Below, piece by piece: positions 54,272 to 64,000 of a stretch of 64,000 nucleotides of DNA. The stretch covers positions 43,834,001 to 43,898,000 of the forward strand of contig NC_043002.1 in NCBI RefSeq assembly GCF_006345805.1, read 5' to 3'. This DNA comes from Octopus sinensis (Eukaryota). The stretch's first letter is position 1. Each line of letters opens with the position of its first letter. The notes under the pieces are model-generated. The model did not search any database. It was not told the origin of the DNA and was given only the letters and a program-made list of their open reading frames with translations. A program made the position numbers and the translations under genes.

Positions 54272-56679
54272 TTAAGTTCACAAAATTAAATAAGATTGTG
54301 TGCTCTAAGAAGAAATGAAATTGTTGGGTTATTCTGCTCATTTATCTCACAAAAGACCTTGCTGCAGGTGTTAGGCTTCACTTCTGCTAACAAATACATT
54401 CTTCGTTTTGTGAATTTCACATCCATATACTTTATTGCATGCTCAATATGACAATATATTTTGTGCATCTCAAATAACAAAACTTTTTTTTTCTTCATCT
54501 TCTCTGCTGGAGGATTTGTAGCTTGGAAATTACTTCTACAATGTAAAACGTTTTTGCAAAAATTAATGAAGAACAACTGATATATGCTTCAAAATTTTCA
54601 TTTTATCATCAATGTTGAGCCATTTATGTATCAGTAAGACATTTAGTTTTCAGAGCTTTTCAAATAATCGTTCTTGTATTTCTTCATGCAAATTATTGGT
54701 TTTGCTTGATTTCTCATTATTTCAAATAGATTTTGCTGTTATTTAACAACCAAGTTTTATTGGCAAACAAAACAAACATAATTTTTTCAGACTTCTCTGA
54801 TAAAATACTTTTCATGTCAAACATATAAGCAAATTGTTGGAAGGATATATATATTCACTGATTGAATGCATTGTCTTCATTGAATACATTTGCAATTACA
54901 ATAATCAAATGCATTGTATATGGTGAGTGAACTGAATGACTGCATTCTTGCCAAATTACTTGTACATTATAAGTTAGCATAAATAGGTTGTGAATCTGCA
55001 TTTACTTATGATGTTTCTACCTATATTTCTTTTACCTTTAAATACATTCTTTGGTCACTCATTTAGCTATCCATGTAATGAATTCTTTCCTTGAGTTCAA
55101 ATACCTTGCCCATTATCTTAGAAAGTTCCATACAAAGTTGAATTATGTTTATCAACTACAGTGCAATGGAAAATATGTGGTTATGACTTACACAATATTT
55201 TGGTAAACATTTATAATTTGTTCAGAAGTTCCATATTCTTCTTAATTATGGGAAGTACCTTCGAAAAGGATATCTTTATTTATTTTGCACCTATTCATGC
55301 CTGTTATATTTTTAGACATTAAGACTTTTGTTACCACATTTCTGTTGAAATGCATTACTTTTTTGTAGTTAGTTCTGGAAATAATGAATTATTTAGTAAA
55401 ATATTTTTCATTATTAAGCTGATGTTTGGAACAAATTAACCTAGAATTTTGATAGATTTACATTTAGACTACTTTAAGGCATGATGAATGAGTTATAGAA
55501 CCAGAGGTGGTAGTCTTGGGTGGATTTGTATCAAAAGAGTTGTAGGCTTTAGTTTTTTCTGATATTTTGTTCCATTTACCTTCATCATTTTGTTTTATTT
55601 AGACACAGTTTCTATATAAGTTTTGGTTTCTGCTTCTAAGCCTTGTGAAGTGTTATTTCTGTTATTGTTTTGCATTCATTTTCCTTATATGGATAGTGTG
55701 GTGCATCTGTTGCTGCAATTGTTTTGTTTTTTGTTTCATTTTGGTTTGGATGTCCCATTTCATCACAAACCCCTCAGTGTGAAACCTATTTTTTGAGGCC
55801 AACCAAGCAAATGGGGCAGCTAGCATGCTGTATCTTGCCCAGGAACAGAACACAGTATACTGTACACTAAGGTTACAACTTTTGATGCCAACCCACCTGA
55901 GGCTGTTCTTGGTACAATGATATAAGCTTCTTGTTTTTAAGTGATCTAAATCGAAACCTTCCATCAAATTTTCATGTTAATTTATTTTCCAAACCCTAAA
56001 TTAATAATGACAAAATATTTTACTAAATTCTTCATTATTTTCAAAATTACTTGAAACAAAAGCAGTGTGTTTCAAAAGAAATATGGCATCAAAAGTATTT
56101 ATACCACAACTAATAAAGTTCAGCAAGTTCAGTGCTTGTCTTCATAGTTCCTGCTTAGAATGACAAGTTTGGAGCTGCTATTTTTCTTGTCTTCTGCAAG
56201 CTGTATATTTTATTTTTAGTTATAATTATACTTATATTTAATTACCACTGTAATTATAATTAAAATACATTATACTATTACGACATGTTAGACAAAGCAA
56301 AATTTTGATTAGAATTTCATGTAGATGATTTTTTTTTACTTGAAAATAGCTGAGACATCTATTTGACATTTAGATGAAACTGGGGGATTGTACTAGGCAT
56401 TTTGTTAGCTCCCCAACAAATATTTGAAGTTTAATCTAAAGTTTACACTCTTGAGCTATTTTTTACAGTCTCTGTCTGTCTGTCTTTCTCTCTTCGTCTC
56501 TCTCTCTCTCTCTCTTGGTAGCCATGTATCTCCTTTACAGCAGCACACCTATTTCCGCCCCCTTTCTTGTTAATTCTCTCTCCCTCTCTCTCTCTCTCTG
56601 GCTGGATAACCTCCACAATAAGAGATCTGTTTCACTATAACCTTTCATGTGACACAAGATCACCTCCTCCAAAGATTCT

Positions 56680-57013
56680 TTGTTTTGCAAGTTACTTGGT
56701 GAACTTGCCAGTGCTGGTGCCACTTAAAAAGCATCCAGTTCACACTGTAATGTGGTTAGCATTTGCGAAGGGCATTCGACTGTAAAAAACAAACCATGCC
56801 AAAACTGACCTCACCTGTCCTGGTGTCATGTAAAAAGCACTCAGCCCACTCTGCAGGGTGGTTGGTATTAGGAAGGAAATTCAGCTATGAAAAAAACCAT
56901 GCCAAAACAGACACAGAAGTACGGTGCAGTCTTCTGCCTGGCCAGCTCCTTTCAAACTGTCCAACCCATACCTGCATGGAAGAATGACATTAAACAATGA
57001 TGATGATGATGAT
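56680..57013 (+). mobile_element. Old RTE-type tail with the terminal module present twice
   Basis: tgtggttagcatttgcgaagggcattcgactgtaaaaaac and gtggttggtattaggaaggaaattcagctatg, then tccaacccatacctgcatgg..(gat)n. Confidence 0.65.
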
Positions 57014-57816
57014 GAACACTCTTTGTATAGATGATAATAATAAGCAGTTATGATGTATAATGTCATTAACCTACTAACACTCTTAAAAAGTAATAAGGAG
57101 ATTGCTGTGAAAGGTTTTGATTGAGGTTTTTTTTTTTTGCATCATGCTCTTTATGAGATACACCATGAAGTTGAATTAATAACAGATTATTTATTTAAAA
57201 CCCAGAAAGGGAAGAAATTGGCGAAGATCTACATCTTCATCTTTCTCTGCATTCAGACAAGAGTCAGGAACAATAAGCATTTCACTTCTCATGGCAGTCG
57301 GACTTATCGACATTCCAGCAACTCTGCCAAATATCATGTAACATGTTCTCGTCTGTAAAATGTAAAATCTCCTCTGTAAAATGAGTTTCAGTAATTTTGT
57401 AATGTTTTTTTTTTTTTCTGTTCATATGAGTGAATATTCTCAGGTGTGGAGGTCCATTACTGAAAAGGCTCCCTTCAATATATCTGGACACTTTAGTGAT
57501 ATTACAACCCATGTCCACATCATGATTTAACATCCACTTTTCTGTGCTTGCATGGGTCAGACAGATTTTGTTGAGGCGGATTTTCTTCGGTCAGATTCCT
57601 TTCTTGTCACCAACCCTCAACTATTTCCAAGAGAGGTACTATTTCCTATTCCCAGACATGTTTCTGATGAAAGACTAAATGAGCAACATGACTTATATAA
57701 TGGTGATGCTCATTTACAACCAGCACTTGATGTCTATACAAGGTACGCACAAACAAACACACACACACACGTGTTTAAGCCCACTAAATCAACTCAAGGT
57801 TTTGGTTTGTCTAGGA

Positions 57817-58130
57817 CAGAGGTTGGCCAACCAGGGTAAATTACCCCAAGTGGGGTAAAAATGAAATTCTTGGAGGGTATAAGGATTCATTAGATAAGTA
57901 AAATTACATAAAAGACATGTTTCTTCTTAAAACAGAAATTTATGTTCTGGCTTGAGGAGGCACTCAAAAAGTTGCCACCTTTTGCAACAACAATTGGACC
58001 CCAAAGACTGTACCCAAATTGCTGTCATCAAAATACCTCAATTTTGATGTAATTCTAACAAAAGTGAAGCAACATTATTTCTCCAAAATCTGAAGCGAAA
58101 AAGTTTCTAGAAAAATCCTATTCATAATGA
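57817..58130 (+). mobile_element. Possible hAT left end, right boundary uncertain
   Basis: gtctagga|cagaggttggccaacc resembles a Charlie TIR in an NTCTAG context. Confidence 0.35.
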
Positions 58131-58196
58131 GGATATTAATTTATTTTATCTCATTTGTTTTATACTTTTCGTGTTTATAATTTATATTTATAATTC

Positions 58197-60608
58197 ATCA
58201 TCATCATCATCATCATCATTTAGCGTCCGTTTTCCATGCTAGCATGGGTTGGACGGTTCAACTGGGGTCTGGGGAGCCCGAAGGCTGCACCAGGCCAGTC
58301 AGATCTGGCAGTGTTTCTACAGCTGGATGCCCTTCCTAACGCCAACCACTCCGAGAGTGTAGTGGGTGATTTTATGTGCCACCGACACAGGTGCCAGACG
58401 AGGCTGGCGAACGGCCACGCTCGGATGGTGTTTTTATGTGCCACCGACACAGGTGCCAGACGAGGCTGGCAGATGGCCACGCTCGGATGGTGTTTTTATG
58501 TGCCACCGACACAGGTGCCAGATGAGGCTGGCGGACGGCCACGATCGGATGGTGTTTGTTACGTCCCCAAAGCACGGAGGCCAGTCTATGCGGTACTGGC
58601 TACGGCCACGTTCGGATGATTTTCTTGTGTGCCACCGGCACTGGTACCACAAAGATACAAATTCCATTGATGTTCATCTATTTTGATTTGTTTTGATTTG
58701 ATTTGATTTTCACTTGCCTCAACAGGTCTTCACAAGTGTCACAAGAAGGAAGGTATGCACAGGTGGACTGACTACGTCCCAAGTAGGGGCCACGGGTTAT
58801 GGCCTGACTAGTCTTGCCGGGTCTTCGGATGGTGTTTTTATGTGCCACCGACACAGGTGCCAGATGAGGCTGGCGAACGGCCACGATCGGATGGTGTTTG
58901 TTGCGTGCCCACAGCACGGAGGCCAGTCGATGCGGTACTGGCTACGGCCACGTTCGGATGGTTTTCTTGTGTGCCACCGGCACTGGTACCACAAAGATAC
59001 AAATTCCATTGATGTTCATCTATTTTGATTTGATTTGATTTGATTTTCACTTGCCTCAACAGGTCTTCACAGGTCTTCACAAGTGTCACAAGAAGGAAGG
59101 AAGGTATGCACAGGTGGACTGACTACGTCCCAAGTAGGGGCCACGGGTTATGGCCTGACTAGTCTTGCCGGGTCTTCGGTTGGTGTTTTTATGTGCCACC
59201 GACACAGGTGCCAGATGAGGCTGGCGGACGGCCACGATCGGATGGTGTTTGTTATGTGCCCACATCACAGAGGCCAGTCGATGCGGTACTGGCTACGGCC
59301 ACGTTCGGATGGTTTTCTTGTGTGCCACCGGTACTGGTACCACAAAGATACAAATTCCATTGATGTTAATCTATTTTGATTTGGTTTGATTTGATTTGAT
59401 TTGATTTTGATTTTCACTTGCCTCAACAGGTCTACACAAGTGTCACACACTTGCCTCAACAGGTCTTCACAAGTGTCATAAGTAGGAAGGTATGCACAGG
59501 TGGACTGACTACATCGCCGGGTCTTCGGATGGTGTTTTTATGTGCCACCGACACAGGTGCCAGATGAGGCTGGCGAACGGCCACGATCGGATGGTTTTCT
59601 TGTGTGCCACCGGTACTGGAACCACAAAGATACAAATTCCATTGATGTTCATCTATTTTGATTTGGTTTGATTTTCACTTGCCTCAACAGGTCTTCACAA
59701 GTGTCACACGTGTCACACACTTGCCTCAACAGGTCTCCACAAGTGTCACACACTTGCCTCTGCCTCAACAGGTCTTCACAAGTGTCACACACTTGCCTCT
59801 GCCTCAACAGGTCTTCACAAGTGTCATAAGAGGGAAGGTATGCACAGGTGGACTGACTACGTCGCCGGGTCTTCGGATGGTGTTTTTATGTGCCACCGAC
59901 ACAGGTGCCAGATGAGGCTGGCGAACGGCCACGATCAGATGGTGTTTGTTGTGCCCACAGCACGGAGGCCAGTCGATGCGGTACTGGCTACGGCAACGTT
60001 CGGATGGTTTTCTTGTGTGCCACCGGTACTGGAACCACAAAGATACAAATTCCATTGATGTTCATCTATTTTGATTTGGTTTGATTTTCACTTGCCTCAA
60101 CAGGTCTTCACAAGGGTCACACACTTGCCTCAACAGGTCTCCACAAGTGTCACACACTTGCCTCTGCCTCAACAGGTCTTCACAAGTGTCACACACTTGC
60201 TTCAACAGGTCTTCACAAGTGTCATAAGAGGGAAGGTATGCACAGGTGGACTGACTACGTCGCCGGGTCTTCGGATGGTGTCTTTATGTGCCACCGACAC
60301 AGGTGCCAGATGAGGCTGGCGAACGGCCACGATCGGATGGTGTTTGTTACGTCCCCAAAGCACGGAGGCCAGTCTATGCGGTACTGGCTACGGCCACGTT
60401 TGGGTGGTTTTCTTGTGTGCCACCGGCACTGGTACCACAAAGAATACAATTCCACTGATGTTCATCTATTTTGATTTGTTTTGATTTGATTTTCACTTGC
60501 CTCAACAGGTCTTCATAAGTGTCACAAGAAGGAAGGTATGCACAGGAGGACTGACTACGTCCCAGGTAGGGGCCACGGGTTATGGCCTGACTAGTCTTGC
60601 CGGGTCTT
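58197..60608 (-). repeat. Six-unit tandem array of the RTE 3' UTR (~340-400-bp units plus the terminal complete UTR)
   Basis: The junction gccgggtctt|cggatggtg recurs at 58825, 59176 (cggttggtg variant), 59525, 59873 and 60271. Confidence 0.95.
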
Positions 60609-62939
60609 CTCACGCACAGCATACTTCCATAGGTCTCGGTCTCTAGACATTTCCTTAGTGAGACCTAAAGTTCGAAGGTCGTGCTTCACCACCTCGTCCC
60701 AGGTTTTCCTGGGTCTACCTCTTCCACAGGTTCCCTCAACTGCTAGGGTGTAGCACTTTTGCACACAACTATCTTCAGCCTTTCTCGTCACATGACCATA
60801 CCAGCGCAGCCGTCTCTCTTGCACGCCACAACTGACGCTTCTTAGGTTCAACTTTTCTCTCAAGGAACTTACACTCTGACGATTATGAACACTGACATTA
60901 CACATCCATCGGAGCATACTGGCTTCATTTCTTGCGAGCTTACGCATATCCTCAGCAGTCACGGCCCATGTTTCACTACCATGTAGCATGGCTGTACGTA
61001 CACATGCATCATACAGTCTGCCTTTTACTCTGAGCGAGAGGCCTTTTGTCACCAGCAGGGGTAAGAGCTCTCTAAACTTTGCCCAGGCTATTCTTACTCT
61101 AGCAGTTACACTTTCAGCACACCCACCCCCGCTACTGACTTGGTCTCCTAGGTAGCGGAAGCTATCAACTACTTCTAGTTTGTCTCCCTGGAACGTGGCA
61201 GAAGTTGGTCTCTGCACATTTCCAGTGTTTATTGCTCCTGAGCATTTGCCACAGACAAAAACTATTTTCCTAGTTAGCCTTCCTTTGACATTGCTGCACC
61301 TCTTATGTGTCCATAGCTTACACTTGGTGCATCTTATAGAGTTTCTACCTACACCTTTTTTACAGATCGAGCAGGGCCATCTACCTGAAGGCGTTTGTGA
61401 TTGATCTACCTTCCTACTTATTAGGACTTTGGTTTTGGCTAGGTTGATTCTAAGGCCCTTCGATTCTAATCCTTGTTTCCACACCTGAAACTTCTCCTCC
61501 AGTTCTGATAGTGACTCAGCAATTAGAGCAAGGTCATCAGCATAGAGGAGCTCCCAGGGGCAACCTGTCTTGAATTCCTCCGTTATTGCCTGGAGGACTA
61601 TGATAAATAGGAGGGGACTGAGGACTGAACCTTGGTGGACCCCAACCTCTACCCGGAATTCTTCACTGTACTCGTTGCCAACCCTCACCTTACTAGCAGC
61701 GTCTCTGTACATGGCTTGCACAGCTCTCACCAACCATTCTTCTATCCCTAGTTTCCTCATTGACCACCAGATAAGGGATCGGGGGACCCTGTCAAAGGCT
61801 TTCTCCAAGTCAACAAAAGCCAGGTACAAGGGCTTATCTTTGGCTAGGTATTTCTCCTGCAGCTGTCTTACCAGGAATATAGCATCAGTAGTACTTTTCC
61901 CTGGCACGAACCCAAACTGCATATCATCTAAGCTAACTCTCTCTCTAATTAGTTGGGCTATAACCCTCTCCGTAACCTTCATTACCTGATCCAGCAGCTT
62001 GATGCCCCTGTAGTTATTTGTCTCTAGGGCGTCGCCTTTACCTTTGTAGCAGTTGACTATTATGCTGCTACACCAGTCATTGGGTATGACCCCCTCGTGT
62101 ATCACCTGGTTAACTATACGGGTGACTAAGCTATAGCCGACACCACCAGATATTTTGAGCATCTCTGCAGTAATTCCTGATGGGTCTGGGGCTTTCCCTG
62201 TTTTCATGCTTCTAATTGCCTTATCTACTAAGGAACTGTTAACTCGGATTGCTGGTCCCTCTGTTGGGTCGACATTCGGCAGACTCTCTATATCCCATTC
62301 ATTTTCTTCATTCAGCAACCTATCATAGTGGCGTCTCCAAGCCTCTCTCTTTGCATCCTCATTAAGCGCAAGTGAACCGTCATCCTTGCGAACACATTTC
62401 TCTCCTACCACGTCACGATTCTCTCTCACACACTGTCTTGCAACAAGAAATACCTCAAGTCTTTCATCCTCACGACGCAGGACATTGGCAAATTTTTCCT
62501 TATCTGCCTCCCCTCTGGCTAGATAGACCTGTCTCCTGGCTTCCCTTCTGGCAGACTGATACACTTCCCTGCTACCACCGTTCTTCCAGGCCTTCCAAGC
62601 CTGTTTCTTTTGTCTAATAGCCCTGTCAACAATATTGTTCCACCACCATGTTATTTTGGGTCTTAAGGGGACTTTGCACCAGCCACAGATCTGGTCAGCG
62701 GCTTTCAGCAGGTTGTCCCTCAGAAGCGTCCAGTTGTCTTCTACCCCATGCGTAGCTATACTCCCTTCCATTTCGTCTAAGGCTTCAAATAACATATCTC
62801 TAAATCTCTGTCCATTCGCAGGGTCTTTAAGCTTCCAGACCCTTCTTCTCCATGTTGGTCGTCTTCTAGTCGCCCTCTTAGTCCTGATCCTAAAGTCACT
62901 AACTACCAGTCTATGTTGTGGGCATTTATAAGCAGCCAT
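60591..62939 (-). CDS. RTE-clade reverse transcriptase, 782-aa open frame, with a C4HC3 PHD finger insert
   Basis: NYRGIKLL, QFGF..STTDAI, FVDLEKAFD, GVHQGSVLSPLLF, YADD (61533-61544), FRYLG, RLRWYGHV, GRGRPRKTW. Confidence 0.96.
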   Translation of the reverse strand: MAAYKCPQHRLVVSDFRIRTKRATRRRPTWRRRVWKLKDPANGQRFRDMLFEALDEMEGSIATHGVEDNWTLLRDNLLKAADQICGWCKVPLRPKITWWWNNIVDRAIRQKKQAWKAWKNGGSREVYQSARREARRQVYLARGEADKEKFANVLRREDERLEVFLVARQCVRENRDVVGEKCVRKDDGSLALNEDAKREAWRRHYDRLLNEENEWDIESLPNVDPTEGPAIRVNSSLVDKAIRSMKTGKAPDPSGITAEMLKISGGVGYSLVTRIVNQVIHEGVIPNDWCSSIIVNCYKGKGDALETNNYRGIKLLDQVMKVTERVIAQLIRERVSLDDMQFGFVPGKSTTDAIFLVRQLQEKYLAKDKPLYLAFVDLEKAFDRVPRSLIWWSMRKLGIEEWLVRAVQAMYRDAASKVRVGNEYSEEFRVEVGVHQGSVLSPLLFIIVLQAITEEFKTGCPWELLYADDLALIAESLSELEEKFQVWKQGLESKGLRINLAKTKVLISRKVDQSQTPSGRWPCSICKKGVGRNSIRCTKCKLWTHKRCSNVKGRLTRKIVFVCGKCSGAINTGNVQRPTSATFQGDKLEVVDSFRYLGDQVSSGGGCAESVTARVRIAWAKFRELLPLLVTKGLSLRVKGRLYDACVRTAMLHGSETWAVTAEDMRKLARNEASMLRWMCNVSVHNRQSVSSLREKLNLRSVSCGVQERRLRWYGHVTRKAEDSCVQKCYTLAVEGTCGRGRPRKTWDEVVKHDLRTLGLTKEMSRDRDLWKYAVREKTRQD

Positions 62940-63460
62940 CTTTCCTTTTTTCTGGCAAGGATGTAGTCGATTTGGCTAGTATGCCGGCCCGATCGGTAGG
63001 TGACCAGGTGGCTTGTCGGTTTCCTGAAGTTAGTGTTGCAAATCATAAGACTATTCGCATCGCAGAACTCCAGCAGCCTGGTTCCCTCCTCGTTGCGGGA
63101 ACCATAACCGTAGCCTCCATGCACGCCATGGAAGCCCCCAGCACATCGTCCAACATGCCCATTGAAGTCACCAGCCACAAAGAGAAGGTCCCTGTCGTTC
63201 GTCAATGATGTGGTCTGCAGTAGGGTGTCATAGAAACAGTCTTTCTGTCCATCAGGTAGCCCTGGCTGAGGGGCATAGGCCGATATAATAGTTGCTAAAC
63301 TATGGTGGAGCACTAATCTAATCTTAATTATTCTGTCACTTACTGTGACTACCTCGATTACCTTATCTACCCATTTTTCGGCGATAAGCATGCCCACACC
63401 CCCGACTCCGTCAGTATTCCCAGCCCAGAAAATCTTGTACCTCTGTCCTTTGCCTGATAC
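62903..63460 (-). pseudogene. APE endonuclease part of the same RTE, 5'-truncated and frameshifted from the RT
   Basis: GVGMLI..SDRII..ISAYAPQ..AGDFNGHVG..NEEGTRLLEFC..TNF..SQIDYIL. The frame reads open back to about 63460 (VSGKGQRYKIFWAG). Confidence 0.93.
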
Positions 63461-63598
63461 AACAGGCTTCTTTCAGTTTCCGTCTACCAAATCCACTCAC
63501 AAGGCATTGGTCGGCCCGGGGCTATAGCAGAAGACATTTGCCCAAGATGCCATGCAGTGGGACTGAACCCAGAACCATGTGGCTGGTTAGCAAGCTAC
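63457..63598 (-). mobile_element. SINE 5' half (A box missing) fused to the RTE 5' end
   Basis: Minus strand gtagcttgctaaccagccacatgg..ggaaactgaaagaagcctgttGTATcaggcaaagg. Confidence 0.9.
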
Positions 63599-64000
63599 AA
63601 ATCTTTAAAATATGATCCCAAGACATCATACTTTTCTTTTTTTGATGTGGCTAACAAACTGAAACAGATAACAAATCAAAGCATTTACCGTTAAGTGATA
63701 TACTAAAAAGTCTTCAGTCAGCCATAGCTGTGAATTTTGCATTGCCTGGAACTTTGAGCAAGAGTTGTCAATCATAGTCTTAGATTGATCAAAACATTGA
63801 GAGTGACATTCAGTAGACAGAGGGTAGAAGGCCATTGGAGGAACCATTCCTAATCTTGGCCAGTACACTTCATAAGTTAAGTTGTATGTGTCTATCTGTT
63901 TTCCCATTAATGTTTGTGCATAAATACATTATTTTCTATTTTCTAAGGAATAATTATATCTTTCTGTGTTGATAAAATAAAGATCAAAGATCTTCTATTT

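Noticed and set aside
55662-55967. ORF with FAWLASKNRFHT, reminiscent of the zf-RVT motif
   Set aside because: A single short motif without flanking Cys/His ligands or RT context.
58197-60608. CRISPR-like reading of the repeat/variable-loop arrays
   Set aside because: Eukaryotic context with no cas genes. The variable parts are 6-11 nt and recur between copies, so they are not unique spacers.
63626-63907. 93-aa ORF, faintly like a DNA transposase fragment
   Set aside because: No diagnostic catalytic motif or termini visible.

Overview
Eukaryotic, very AT-rich and repeat-dense DNA. The SINE/LINE repertoire and (TA)n/(ATG)n load resemble an octopod cephalopod (inference; no database search run). 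The only host-gene signal I can support is three small + strand exons (11786-11849, 25898-25997, 34359-34445). They have canonical AG/GT ends, splice in frame (phase 0-1-2-2) and encode RPTSAKG and GSARRAPPKLR, which resemble TRAF3IP1/IFT54. The introns are about 14 kb and 8.4 kb, and no further exon was recognised downstream. The rest is mobile-element debris: many copies of RTE-clade LINEs with (ATG)n tails, several tRNA-derived SINE families, Tc1/mariner and maT-like relics, a Charlie/Buster-type hAT relic, TTAA MITEs, Penelope-like relics with hammerhead motifs, and long microsatellites. Main points of interest: (1) the RTE 3' UTR is an array of ~63-nt modules with a constant pairing scaffold and a variable loop; (2) next to the long 782-aa RT ORF this UTR is amplified into a six-unit, ~2.4-kb hierarchical array (58197-60608); (3) the RT carries an inserted C4HC3 PHD finger and its 5' end is fused to a SINE; (4) a 35-nt templated insertion creates a near-ideal 3' splice site inside an RTE tail. 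Almost all short ORFs in the supplied track are spurious products of repeats.
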